Origin: a virus
Direction: 5' to 3' (one strand)
Virus genome (UHGV): UHGV-0468246
Length of the DNA: 64,000 nucleotides
Made by a program: the position numbers and the translations under genes. This document shows positions 1-9,092 of this stretch, piece after piece. The notes below the pieces were generated by a model. It was not told the DNA's origin, did no database searches, and saw only the letters and a program-made list of their open reading frames with translations. The first letter of the stretch is position 1; each line of letters begins with the position of its first letter.

Positions 1-80
1 CCGTCGCCGAAAGGCGGAAAGCCGATCTCCTGCGCGATCTGGATGAAGCCCTTGGGGTAGTGGAACGATGCGAACACCAT
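1..80 (-). CDS. hypothetical protein, N-terminal fragment (gene continues past the left edge of the window)
   Basis: Minus-strand ATG at 78-80 opens a frame (MVFASFHYPKGFIQIAQEIGF...) that runs to the window edge; same strand as all neighbouring genes. Confidence 0.3.
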   Translation of the reverse strand, partial: MVFASFHYPKGFIQIAQEIGFPPFGD

Positions 81-93
81 TGTCCGTTCGCGG

Positions 94-414
94 CTAGGCC
101 GTTGCCTTCGCCGCTTCCCCCTTCCCGGCCTTCGGAAGCGTCACCAGAGCCAGCGCCTCGTCCTGCCGGATGCTCACCTTCACGTCGATGCCCAGAGCCT
201 CGGCGGCGGCGTTCAGGCGGTACCGGAAGGTGTGCCAGTTCTCGCGCTCCTTGTCGTCGGCCATGGGAATCTTCACGGCCTCCGCGCCCTGCTTCATCGC
301 GATCTGGTAGGCCTCTATGATCTTCAGCACGCGCTCGCTGCGCTTCTTGCCGCGACCGTCCCCCTTGTTGACGCACTCCTCCTTGTCGAAGACAAGCTCA
401 AAGTCAGCAGTCAT
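94..414 (-). CDS. small hypothetical phage protein
   Basis: Track ORF 94..426. Internal ATG at 414 is preceded by GGAGGA 5 nt upstream; product MTADFELVFDKEEC... Confidence 0.5.
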   Translation of the reverse strand: MTADFELVFDKEECVNKGDGRGKKRSERVLKIIEAYQIAMKQGAEAVKIPMADDKERENWHTFRYRLNAAAEALGIDVKVSIRQDEALALVTLPKAGKGEAAKATA

Positions 415-520
415 CTTTTCCTCCATCGTTTTTCATAGTCCGTCGTTCTCGCAAGGTGGATTGCCTTTGACAGCATACCACTTCCCCGTGCTTTTGTAAA
501 ATAAGAAATTAAGAGAACAG

Positions 521-1168
521 TTAAGACTTCCGTTCCGCCATCCGTTCCAGCTCGGCCATGCGCATGCGCCGGTCGTAGATGCGCTCGACGCGCCGCACCA
601 TAGCGTCCATCCTGTCCACCAAGTCCTTGGCCTTCTTCCAGTAGTGCGAGCAGAACTGCGCGCGCCAGCGCTCACGCTGCGCCATGAGCGTGGCCGTGGC
701 GGCCCTTGCGTCCACCGTGCCGGAAAGCGGCTCGTTGTACGCCTTGCTGTACACCTCGTTGTAGAACATGGTGGCGTAGGCGGCCTCGGCCTGCGCGTTG
801 ATCGACTGCTGGCTGTCGAACACGATGTACTGCGTCGCCGCAAGCACGAACTCCTCCATGTCCTTCAGCGTGAGCTGCGTCCAGTCCTCGACGTAGCTGC
901 CGTTCGCGTTGCGCGCGTACCCTCCGCCAGCCGCGACGGGGAGGCGCTGGCGCACCTTGGAGATGAACTGCGCCTCGATCTCGAACAGCTGGGCGTACTC
1001 GCTCGCCAGCCTCTCGTCAGCCGCCTTCAGCAGCATGTCCATCATGCGCCTGTCCTCCGGCTCGAACTTCAAGACGGAATCGAGCGGCATTGATGCCATC
1101 CCCGTCTCGTCGAGCCTCGGCTTCTCGTCCACTATCTCGTCGATGGGCGGCGCTTCCCTCTCCGTCAT
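521..1168 (-). CDS. hypothetical protein
   Basis: Track ORF 521..1312. The likely start MTEREAPP gives an ATGA stop/start overlap with the upstream gene; no recognisable motifs. Confidence 0.5.
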   Translation of the reverse strand: MTEREAPPIDEIVDEKPRLDETGMASMPLDSVLKFEPEDRRMMDMLLKAADERLASEYAQLFEIEAQFISKVRQRLPVAAGGGYARNANGSYVEDWTQLTLKDMEEFVLAATQYIVFDSQQSINAQAEAAYATMFYNEVYSKAYNEPLSGTVDARAATATLMAQRERWRAQFCSHYWKKAKDLVDRMDAMVRRVERIYDRRMRMAELERMAERKS

Positions 1169-1674
1169 AGCATTGCCTCCTTCAGCCCGTCGGTGTCGTA
1201 CATCTGTCCTTTGATTCGCGGGCACTTTATCACGCTCGGCTCGTCGTCGAACGCCGCGTAGGGTATCGACTTGCGACCGAGCGCCGCCATGGTCTCCTCG
1301 AAGCGAACCCACGTCCCTATGGGGACGAGGAACGCCGTGTTGAAGCTGCGCTTGTCGTCCTTGTCGTAGAAGTTGACGGCGACGAAGCCGTGAGCGTCCT
1401 CGTGGAAGCCGTCGAAGTCCACCAGAGCGGCCCTCTGATGCTCCTGTAGGCGGTCTAAGGGCAAAGACCGTGCTGACACCGCCTTTGCCTCAACCAAGGC
1501 CGCAGAAAGGCTCTCCGCCGCTCCGAACACCCAGAAGTCCGCCTCGCTCTCCGAACTCATCGGTCGGTTGCCCGACCAGAACATCTTGTCGCTTATGCGG
1601 TGCGCCCTGAAGCCGCTGCGCTTGAAGCTCGCCAGCAGCTCGCGCTCGAACACCTTACCGTTGTCCCTCGGCAT
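1165..1674 (-). CDS. putative PD-(D/E)XK-fold nuclease (Holliday-junction-resolvase-like)
   Basis: 169 aa. D...VEAK motif (ADFWVF...ALVEAKAV) resembles a PD-(D/E)XK active site; it sits in the recombination module next to RecA. Confidence 0.4.
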   Translation of the reverse strand: MPRDNGKVFERELLASFKRSGFRAHRISDKMFWSGNRPMSSESEADFWVFGAAESLSAALVEAKAVSARSLPLDRLQEHQRAALVDFDGFHEDAHGFVAVNFYDKDDKRSFNTAFLVPIGTWVRFEETMAALGRKSIPYAAFDDEPSVIKCPRIKGQMYDTDGLKEAML

Positions 1675-1987
1675 CGTCGGTCACCTCCACGTTCAGCCGG
1701 ATGTCCGGGTTCAGCCCTAGATGCCCCATCATCGCCGCCGCGCCGGAGAACTCCGCAAGCGCCAGCCGCATGTTGATGGACGCTTGCAGCAGCGCGTCGG
1801 CATCGGCGCGCTCGAACGCCTGCTGCGCCTCGCGCTGGAACATCTCGGCGTTCGCGGATGCCTCGCCCACGGCGTTGGCGTACGCCTCGTAGACCTCGAC
1901 GACGGGTATGCTCGCGCCCTCGTCCTCCTCCACGATGAACTCGCCGTCACCGTCTATGATTATCACATCGTCGTCGGCGGTTGCCAT
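1655..1987 (-). CDS. small acidic hypothetical protein
   Basis: Track ORF 1655..2077. Internal start MATADDDVIIIDG is preferred because it shortens the overlap with the next gene. Confidence 0.4.
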   Translation of the reverse strand: MATADDDVIIIDGDGEFIVEEDEGASIPVVEVYEAYANAVGEASANAEMFQREAQQAFERADADALLQASINMRLALAEFSGAAAMMGHLGLNPDIRLNVEVTDDAEGQR

Positions 1988-2784
1988 ATCGGTATCCCTC
2001 CTCCTCGTATCACGCCCTCGCGGCGGCAGAAGCCACGGCACGGGCAGCTCTTGAACTTCGACGTGTCGCACTCGCATTCGTAGGGAAGGAGGCTCGGGCT
2101 TCCCGCGTCAAGCGCGTCCTTGACCTGCTGCCAACGGCGCAGCGTAGGCCCCATGTCCATCTGCTCCACCACGAACTCCTTGAAGCTGTGGGGCCTGTCC
2201 TTGCTTATGTAGAGCAGGATGCCGTACGGCAGGCCGGTCAGCATGAGGTACATGCCGAGTTGGAGGCGGTGGGCAGCGTCGGGGGCGGACAGCGACTTGA
2301 ACAGGTCGGCGGTCTTGGTCTTGATCTCGATGGGCACCGGCTCCTCCACGTCGGGGAATTTCAGGATGCTGTCGATTGAACCGGCGACGCGCAGGGCCTC
2401 GTCCGTCACCTTGGCCTCGTTCTCCACGAGGTCGGGAAGCCCCTCTATGTCGGTCATGTTCTCGAACCAGTGCTGAATCATGCCGTGCAGCGCGTGCCCG
2501 ATCTTGAACGTCACCTGAAGCTCCGTGTCGATCTTCTCCACCATCTGGTCGGCGTACTTCGGGTTCTTCTCGAAGTACAGGCGGCGCATGCACATAAGGC
2601 ACTCGCTCGACGGGTGGAGGTTATCGTAGTCCTTCGGCTTGTACAGGTCGTCAACCGTGTAGCTGCCGGAGTTCGGCACGAGCGCCAAGTACCGCTCGAC
2701 GTACGGCACGAGGCGGGCGAACCCGTCGGATGCCTTCGGCGGCGCTGACAGCGCGAACAGCTTTGAGCCTTCCCTAATCCTCAT
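1963..2784 (-). CDS. Cas4/RecB-like PD-(D/E)XK exonuclease with C-terminal cysteine cluster
   Basis: 273 aa. IEIKTK (ExK-like), N-terminal CxxC (ECLMCM) and C-terminal CECDx8CPCx3C cluster, typical of the Fe-S Cas4/AddB nuclease family. Confidence 0.5.
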   Translation of the reverse strand: MRIREGSKLFALSAPPKASDGFARLVPYVERYLALVPNSGSYTVDDLYKPKDYDNLHPSSECLMCMRRLYFEKNPKYADQMVEKIDTELQVTFKIGHALHGMIQHWFENMTDIEGLPDLVENEAKVTDEALRVAGSIDSILKFPDVEEPVPIEIKTKTADLFKSLSAPDAAHRLQLGMYLMLTGLPYGILLYISKDRPHSFKEFVVEQMDMGPTLRRWQQVKDALDAGSPSLLPYECECDTSKFKSCPCRGFCRREGVIRGGGIPIWQPPTTM

Positions 2785-3256
2785 GCACGCCCACCAGCTT
2801 CAGCATTCGCCCCAGCTCCATCGCCAAGACCTCCTCGCTCCAAGCGCCGTCGGCCATCGAGGCGACGAGCGGCAGCGCGGTCTTCTCCGATATTCCCAGC
2901 GACATCCGCACGCCCTTCTCGCACACGGCGTAGCTGTCCCAGTTCGCCTCGTTCGCCTCCCACATCTCGCGGAAGTCGCGATGCCGCATGATTCCCACCT
3001 CGCGCCCGCTCGACAGCTTGACCGCGACCATGGGCACGCGCATCTCGTTCATGGCCCACTCCGAGACGCTGCGCCACATCTTCGACGAGAGCGTGTACCG
3101 CTGCGTCTCGGTGTACTTGCAGTCCACGAGGAGGCGGGAGGTCTTCACGTCGCCTTTGTACCCCGTGAGGCGGCCAGACGCTTTAACGAGGTCGCCGCCT
3201 ATGCGCCCGGCCATCTCCTCTTCCCAGAGCTGCCAGCCCGGTTTGCCGTAAGACAT
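2774..3256 (-). CDS. hypothetical protein (possible nuclease)
   Basis: Start MSYGKPGWQ sits directly after a G9 run (sense) that acts as a Shine-Dalgarno-like leader. Confidence 0.45.
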   Translation of the reverse strand: MSYGKPGWQLWEEEMAGRIGGDLVKASGRLTGYKGDVKTSRLLVDCKYTETQRYTLSSKMWRSVSEWAMNEMRVPMVAVKLSSGREVGIMRHRDFREMWEANEANWDSYAVCEKGVRMSLGISEKTALPLVASMADGAWSEEVLAMELGRMLKLVGVHED

Positions 3257-3259
3257 TTG

Positions 3260-3268
3260 CCCCCCCCC
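3260..3268 (-). repeat. G9 homopolymer (sense) in the 5' leader, 3 nt upstream of the ATG
   Basis: Plus-strand CCCCCCCCC; same G9-CA leader type as at 7668 and 52353. Confidence 0.8.
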
Positions 3269-4431
3269 TATTCCTTGAACTCGCCAGCGCCAGCGTCGGC
3301 GGTCTTCAGGTAGCTTTCCGATTCTCCGATGACGACGGCCATGGTGTCGTCGTGCACGGCCTTGGCGAACTCCGGGTTGTCGCGCAGAAGGCCAACCATC
3401 TTCGCCTTGCCCTGCGCCTTCACGAAGCCCTTCTCGCCCTCGGTGCCGTAGGACATCCACGAGCCGGACGTTTTCAGAACGCCGTAGGATACCGCCAAGT
3501 CCACGAGGCTGTCGGCGCTGTCAACGCCGAACGGATGGTCTGGCGTTTCGGTGTAGTAGAACATGTACCCGGCCTCGCGGTACGGCGTTGCCAGCTTGTT
3601 CTTCCGGTTGCGCGTGATGATGCGCGTGCCGATCTTGACGCGCTCGCCGTGGATGTCGGCCCACTTGATGTCGTCGGCCTTGCCGGATGCCCTGATCTCC
3701 GTGATGGTCTTGCACATGTGCTTCAGGCCCTCTCCGCCGGAGATGATGAGGCCTCCGTGGGGCGACTTCAGGTTGATGCGGGCTTGGCCTATGTAGATGA
3801 TGACGGGCAGCACAACGTCCGCACCGGCGCGCTTGGCGTTGCTTATGCGGGTAAGCTCCGCGTTCACGCGGTTCACCATGCGCGTGATGACCCCGGCGCT
3901 ACCGGCGACCTGCATGGCGTTAGCGTCGCCGCCGTCGCCCTTCTTGCCATCGACCTCAACGCCGCGCGCGACCGCGCCCAAGCTGTCAACCACGATCACG
4001 TCGAAGATGCCCTCGCGGATGATCGCGCAGAGGCTGTTGGCGGCGTTCTCAACGGTGTCGGGGGTCGAGACCCACACGCGGTTCTTGCGCGGGTTGTCGT
4101 AGTCGAACTCTATCCCGTCGAACTTCTCCAACCATTGCGGGGTTACGCTTCCCTCGATGTCCACGATACACGCAAGCGCCTTCGGGTCGAACGACAGGAG
4201 ACGGCCTATGGCGCAGTTGATGAGCGACGACTTGCCAGCCGAGTACTCGCCCATCACCATGTGCTGGTGCCCTCGCATCCACCCTCCGCCCAGCGCCGCA
4301 TCGAGCGTGTCCGCGCCGGTCGATATTACGCCGACCGAGTAGTCTATCTGCTGGGTCGGCACGAAGAACGAGCCGGGAGCCTCGTTCTTCAGAAGGTTGT
4401 CCAAACCTTTCTCCCTGTTCAGTCCCATCAC
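3268..4431 (-). CDS. RecA-family recombinase (RecA/RadA/UvsX-like)
   Basis: 387 aa. Walker A GEYSAGKSSL, RecA-like length and core, within the recombination module. Confidence 0.8.
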   Translation of the reverse strand: MMGLNREKGLDNLLKNEAPGSFFVPTQQIDYSVGVISTGADTLDAALGGGWMRGHQHMVMGEYSAGKSSLINCAIGRLLSFDPKALACIVDIEGSVTPQWLEKFDGIEFDYDNPRKNRVWVSTPDTVENAANSLCAIIREGIFDVIVVDSLGAVARGVEVDGKKGDGGDANAMQVAGSAGVITRMVNRVNAELTRISNAKRAGADVVLPVIIYIGQARINLKSPHGGLIISGGEGLKHMCKTITEIRASGKADDIKWADIHGERVKIGTRIITRNRKNKLATPYREAGYMFYYTETPDHPFGVDSADSLVDLAVSYGVLKTSGSWMSYGTEGEKGFVKAQGKAKMVGLLRDNPEFAKAVHDDTMAVVIGESESYLKTADAGAGEFKE

Positions 4432-7400
4432 ATTGCCTCTCTTTCTCTTTGCGGGACAACCGGCATGAAGTGCTCTAGCACGTAGTTGTCCTCGTCGTTT
4501 CTAAGCTGCTTCTTCACCTGCATCAGGAAGTAGCAGTCCTGATCGCCGCGTATGTGGCGCTCGATCATCTCCCACATGTCCGTGAAGCACGTCACGTCGA
4601 TCTGCGTGCCGTCCATGTCGCATTTGAGGAACGCCATCGGCCTGCCCTTCTTGGTGACGATTCGCTTCACGTCCTCCAACAGCACGAGCACGTTTGCGCA
4701 CGCCTCGTACGCAACGTCGTCAAGCTCGTCGGCGGAGCAGATCGAGGCCGCGTAAGGCTCGACGGCCCGCAGAACGTCCTCGTACGGGTCGAAGGTCAAG
4801 GGCATGCCTATGGCGCTCTTCTCCATCTCTATGATCTCGTCCTTGGTGAAGTCCGGCTGCTCCTGCGTGAACCGCACGGTCGAAGCGTCGCCGAACAGGT
4901 TGGCGCTCATGTCGTTGTTCTCGAACCTGTGCAGCAGGTCTTTCGCGTTGGGATGCCACTCGCGGAAGAACCTGTTCTTGACGAGGATGCGGACGACACC
5001 GTTGTTCGCGCCGCTGCGCGACTTGAAGTCCTCGAAGTCGGCGTAGGGCGCTCCCGCGAAGATGCTGCGCACGGCCTTCTCCCCTATGCCCTTCAGCGAG
5101 CCGATGCCGATGGCGATGGTGCGGTCGTCGAGGATGGCCCAGTCGTCCGATATGTTCGTCACCGACGGCATCGTGATCTGGAAGCCCTTCTTGCGGGCCT
5201 CGCGCATGTACTTCGGAAGCGCCTTCGGGTCAACCGTCTGGAAGCAGGCGCAGTAGAACTCGACGGGGTACATGAACTTCATCCACGCCGTCCAGAAGGT
5301 GATCTTCGCGTAGCTGTAGCTGTGGGCCTTGTTGAAGGAGTAGAGGCCCGATGCCTTGATCTGGTTGAAGATCACGGTCGCGTCCTCCGCCGATATGCCG
5401 CTGTGCCGCACGCACCCCTCAACGAACTTCGGCTCCTCCGCCTCCATCTCGCGCAGCTTCTTCTTGCCGATGATCGAGCGCATGTGGTCTGCCTCCAAAG
5501 GCGTGTAGCCCGCCACCTGCTGGCATATCGCCATGGACTGCTCTTGGTAGACGATGACCCCGTACGTGTCCTTCAGGATAGGCTCTAGCTGCGGCACGAC
5601 GTACGACACCTGCTCCCGCCCCAGCTTGCGGTTGATGAACACCTGCAACATCCCCGCGAGGATAACGCCGGGGCGGTAAAGCGCCACGATTGTTGACAAG
5701 TCCATGACGGAGCGCGGGGCGAGCTGCTGCGCGCAGGCCGTGATGTCCTTGCCGCCCATCTGGAAGATGCCCAGCGTGTCGCCCTCGTCGAACAGCCTCC
5801 ACACCCCTTCGGGGGCCTGTGCGTCTTCGAGGGCGCGGAAGTCGATGCGCACGCCGTGGCGCTGCTCGACCATCGTCCGCGCGTTCGCGAGGGTGGACAG
5901 GTTGCGAAGCCCCAGAAGGTCGGCCTTCAGGAAGCCCAGCGCCTCGATTGCCACCTTGTCGAACTGCGCCACGATGTCGCCCGTCTTCAGGGACAGGCGC
6001 GTGGGCATCGCGCTCGAAAGCGGTATGGGGGAGACGACGTAGCCAGCCGCGTGCTGCCCCCACTGGCGCGGCACGCCGATGAGGCGCGAGACGTACTTGA
6101 AGACGTTGGGGAAGCGCTGCATCATCGTGTCCAGCTCGCGGCGCTCCTTGTCGGACAGTATGTCGAGATGGTCGAGCCATTCCTTCGGGTTCTTCAGGGC
6201 CTTGTCGAACCGTTCCAAGGTCGCCTTGCAGCGCAGGGCCTCTTGGTGCGGGAGGCGGTAGTAGCGCGCCAAGTCCTCGAAGGCGTTCTTTATGCCGAAC
6301 GTCCCGACGGTGCCCACCGCGCACACGTGGTCTTTGCCGTACTTCTCGTTCAGGTAATCGACGACGCTGTGGCGACCGGCCACGTCGAAGTCGAGGTCGA
6401 TGTCGGGAAGGCTGTCCAGCCGCCCTTCGTTGAGGAAGCGCGAGAAGATCAGGCCGCGCCCCATCGGGTCAACTTCGGTAATGCCGGTTGCCCAGCAGAG
6501 TATGGAGGCGGCGCACGACCCGCGCCCCGGCCCGACCTCCACGCCGTGCTCCTTCGCCCAGCGCGTGTAGTCCGAGACGATCAGGAAGTAGTCCGCCAGA
6601 CCGTTGTCAACGATGATCGGGAACTCGTTCTCCGCCACGTCCTTCAGGTACGGCACGAGCCGCGCCTTGTCGCCGCCCCTGTACTTGATCTTGTGGGGGT
6701 CGTCGTCGGGCAGCACCTCGCACCCACCGGCCTTCTCGAACAGCCCCTTCGCCGTGAGGTACTTCAGGTACTCCCCGCTGTCGTCCCATCCCTCCGGCAG
6801 GGGGAACTTCGGAACCTTGTGGGAGCGGTCGAGGTCGTATTCCTCGATCATCGAGAGAAGGTGGTCTACGCCGTCGAAGCAGCGCTCCAAGTCCTCGTCG
6901 CCGATGTAGGCGAGGCGCTGGCGCACCTCGGCCTCGTCCATCATGTAGTAGTCCTGCTTCATGTGCATGTGCGTCTCGTCGTAGTGCTTGCCCATGTTGC
7001 AGCCGAGCATGACGTTCTGCAAGTCGCAGTCCTGCGGGGTGACGTAATGGCTGTCGATTGCGTAGATCGTGCGGATGCCGTGCCGCTTCGCGAAGTCGAG
7101 CAGCCACATGTTGACGCTGCGCTGCTCCGGCTCGCTGTTCGTGTGAATCTCGATGAAGAACTCGTCGAAGATGGCCCGGAACCGCTCGGTGAACTCCAAC
7201 GCCATCTTCTCGTCGTCGGCCTTCGCGGCCCTCGACAGGGCACCGGCGAGGCATGCGGAGCCGCATATAACGCCCTCGCGGCGCTCTCCCAAGTCCTCCC
7301 ACAGCGCGTTGGTGTACGCGTCCTTCCCTTCCTCGTGCAGCCAAGCCTTCGACGAGATGTCCCAGAGGTTGTGAAGCCCCTCCAAGTTGCGCGCCCAAAG

Positions 7401-7661
7401 GGTCAGGTGGAAGCCCTTCTTGTTCGTGTTGTGGTACACGCCGTCCTTCAGGTACAGCTCGCTTCCGAGTATGGGCACGATGCCGTTGCGCTTCGCCGCC
7501 TCGAACATGGCGTAATGGCCCACGCAATGGCCGTGGTCGGTTATCGCCTGATAACGGCTCCCGACCTCGACCGCGCGCCTGCACATGTCCTCCGGGTCGG
7601 CGAGGCCGTCTAGGAAGCTGTAGTAGCTGTGCGCGTGAAGGTTCGCGAACTGATGAGGCAT
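4428..7661 (-). CDS. dnaE: DNA polymerase III alpha subunit (DnaE-type, with PHP domain)
   Basis: 1077 aa. N-terminal PHP motif HAHSYYSFLDG...ITDHG, polymerase core and OB-fold region typical of PolIIIalpha. Confidence 0.9.
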   Translation of the reverse strand: MPHQFANLHAHSYYSFLDGLADPEDMCRRAVEVGSRYQAITDHGHCVGHYAMFEAAKRNGIVPILGSELYLKDGVYHNTNKKGFHLTLWARNLEGLHNLWDISSKAWLHEEGKDAYTNALWEDLGERREGVICGSACLAGALSRAAKADDEKMALEFTERFRAIFDEFFIEIHTNSEPEQRSVNMWLLDFAKRHGIRTIYAIDSHYVTPQDCDLQNVMLGCNMGKHYDETHMHMKQDYYMMDEAEVRQRLAYIGDEDLERCFDGVDHLLSMIEEYDLDRSHKVPKFPLPEGWDDSGEYLKYLTAKGLFEKAGGCEVLPDDDPHKIKYRGGDKARLVPYLKDVAENEFPIIVDNGLADYFLIVSDYTRWAKEHGVEVGPGRGSCAASILCWATGITEVDPMGRGLIFSRFLNEGRLDSLPDIDLDFDVAGRHSVVDYLNEKYGKDHVCAVGTVGTFGIKNAFEDLARYYRLPHQEALRCKATLERFDKALKNPKEWLDHLDILSDKERRELDTMMQRFPNVFKYVSRLIGVPRQWGQHAAGYVVSPIPLSSAMPTRLSLKTGDIVAQFDKVAIEALGFLKADLLGLRNLSTLANARTMVEQRHGVRIDFRALEDAQAPEGVWRLFDEGDTLGIFQMGGKDITACAQQLAPRSVMDLSTIVALYRPGVILAGMLQVFINRKLGREQVSYVVPQLEPILKDTYGVIVYQEQSMAICQQVAGYTPLEADHMRSIIGKKKLREMEAEEPKFVEGCVRHSGISAEDATVIFNQIKASGLYSFNKAHSYSYAKITFWTAWMKFMYPVEFYCACFQTVDPKALPKYMREARKKGFQITMPSVTNISDDWAILDDRTIAIGIGSLKGIGEKAVRSIFAGAPYADFEDFKSRSGANNGVVRILVKNRFFREWHPNAKDLLHRFENNDMSANLFGDASTVRFTQEQPDFTKDEIIEMEKSAIGMPLTFDPYEDVLRAVEPYAASICSADELDDVAYEACANVLVLLEDVKRIVTKKGRPMAFLKCDMDGTQIDVTCFTDMWEMIERHIRGDQDCYFLMQVKKQLRNDEDNYVLEHFMPVVPQREREAM

Positions 7662-7667
7662 TCCGTG

Positions 7668-7676
7668 CCCCCCCCC
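7668..7676 (-). repeat. G9 homopolymer (sense) 6 nt upstream of the dnaE ATG
   Basis: Sense sequence ...TCGATTATTTAATCGAgagacatggataGGGGGGGGGcacggaATG. Confidence 0.8.
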
Positions 7677-7688
7677 TATCCATGTCTC

Positions 7689-7704
7689 TCGATTAAATAA
7701 TCGG
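7689..7704. promoter_or_regulatory. near-palindromic site TCGATTAAATAATCGG (family TCGATTAWWTAATCGA)
   Basis: Intergenic between the SSB stop and the dnaE start. One of six copies in the window; AT-rich 14-16-mer in a 65% GC genome. Confidence 0.45.
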
Positions 7705-7739
7705 GAGGGACTTCGCAGCCCCTCCCTAGAACGCGTCTG

Positions 7740-9092
7740 CTAAAAAGGGATATCCTCGTCGTAGACGGAAGCGCCGACGCTACCGGCAGCGTCAGTCCAC
7801 GGCACCGTAGCAGCCGGTTGCTGCGGCGCGGCCTGCGCGGGCTGCGGCGCGGGCTGGACTGGCTGCGGCTGCATGGGCTGCGAGCCGACCGGCTGCGGCA
7901 TGTACGCGCTTTGCACGGGTGCCGCTGCGGGCTGCTGTGGAGCCGTCTGCGGGGCGTACTGCTGCTGGGAGGGCATCGGTGCGGGCTGGGACGCAACCGG
8001 AGCCGCAGGGGCGCTCTGAACGCCTTGCGGGGCCATCGGGGGCTGCATGGGCACGGAAGCCGGAGCCTGCGCGAACTGCTGCGGCGCGGCCTGCGCGGGC
8101 TGCGAGAACTGCTGCGTCGGAGCGGCGTACCCCGGCTGCACGGGCGCTCCGTAGGCGGCTGCGGGCTGGGCGGCTGCTGCGAGCGTGCTCTGGGCGGCAC
8201 CGGCGAGCGTCGAGGGCGCATAGCCCGGAACCGCACCGTCTTCCGGCGTGAAGCCGGGGACGTAGATTCCCTTGCTCGTGTAGTACTGCGGCGTGCCCTT
8301 GAAGGAAACGTGCTCCGCGAGGGTGCGCGTCATGTACGGACGGTAGCGCTCGATGTCCACCACTTCGGCGGGGCGCTGAATCTTGGTCACGACGTAGGTG
8401 CGCATGTCGCTGCGGTACACCTCGTAGTCGTAGTACGTGATCGGGTCGCAGAAGTCGTCGTCCTTGCTGGTGAGCTGCGCCCAGAAGTTGGAGTACGCCT
8501 GATCGACGATCACGACGTTCGGCACCATCGCGCCGTTGCGCTCCACCATCTCGTCCTCGATGCTCACGATCTGCTCGACCGGCATGCCGCGCCCGTCGGT
8601 TCCGCGCTCGCGGTTCACCTTGCGGATGACGGCGTAGGCGCACATGCGGTCTTGCGGGACGTTGGCCCCCATGTACTTCGTGCCGTCGCGCTTCGTCTTC
8701 TCGACCTGCGTCTGGCACAGGGGGCACGCGTAGGGCTGGTTGTTGTCGATGTCGTCGAGGCACAGGACGTAGCCCCCGTTCGGGATGTAATGGAAGCCGC
8801 CGCCGCGCACGCCCTCCTTCACCGTGATAACGTCGGTGTCCGCGAAGGGGCGCTGGCAGATGGGGCACACGGGGTTCTGCCCCGTCTGCTCCTTCGTGCG
8901 GTTCCACATGTCCTGCGGAATCTCGATGTTGCACGAGCATCCGACCGACGCGTGGTTGACCACCACGTTGTCCACCATCGGGGACAGGAAGCGCAGCACC
9001 GCGCTCGAACCTATGTCCAGCTTGAAATAGCCGTAGCCCGAAGAACCCTTGTTCTCCGCGTTCTGCGCAAGGCGCTCTACCAATGAACTCAT
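7740..9092 (-). CDS. ssDNA-binding protein, atypical (zinc-ribbon core, long Q/P/A-rich linker, SSB-type DEDIPF C-terminal tip)
   Basis: 450 aa. Two Cys4-like clusters (CSC...CPIC; CPLC...C), ~150 aa low-complexity PQA linker, ends DEDIPF as bacterial SSB ends DDDIPF. Confidence 0.6.
   Translation of the reverse strand: MSSLVERLAQNAENKGSSGYGYFKLDIGSSAVLRFLSPMVDNVVVNHASVGCSCNIEIPQDMWNRTKEQTGQNPVCPICQRPFADTDVITVKEGVRGGGFHYIPNGGYVLCLDDIDNNQPYACPLCQTQVEKTKRDGTKYMGANVPQDRMCAYAVIRKVNRERGTDGRGMPVEQIVSIEDEMVERNGAMVPNVVIVDQAYSNFWAQLTSKDDDFCDPITYYDYEVYRSDMRTYVVTKIQRPAEVVDIERYRPYMTRTLAEHVSFKGTPQYYTSKGIYVPGFTPEDGAVPGYAPSTLAGAAQSTLAAAAQPAAAYGAPVQPGYAAPTQQFSQPAQAAPQQFAQAPASVPMQPPMAPQGVQSAPAAPVASQPAPMPSQQQYAPQTAPQQPAAAPVQSAYMPQPVGSQPMQPQPVQPAPQPAQAAPQQPAATVPWTDAAGSVGASVYDEDIPF

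Noticed and set aside
433-843. Minus-strand 136-aa ORF rich in Arg/Ser/Thr/Pro, overlapping gene 521..1168
   Set aside because: It is an alternative-frame ORF inside a better gene and is compositionally biased. The same applies to 7792..8940, 20542..21147, 24083..24748, 51473..51955 and similar.
1655-2077. 114-bp overlap between ORFs 1655..2077 and 1963..2784 that could be taken for a programmed frameshift
   Set aside because: An internal ATG (MATADDD…) at ~1987 removes most of the overlap. There is no slippery sequence, so ordinary alternative start choice is more likely.
5856-7613. Long plus-strand ORF (585 aa) and many other plus-strand ORFs of 100-660 aa (e.g. 16427..18055, 18739..20076, 42485..44479, 52453..53976, 57810..59513)
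   Set aside because: All lie antisense to well-supported minus-strand genes (dnaE, SNF2 helicase, TMP, capsid). Their products are Arg/Ala/Gly/Val-rich and low in complexity. This is the expected stop-codon-poor antisense frame of a 65% GC genome. None has an RBS or a recognisable domain.
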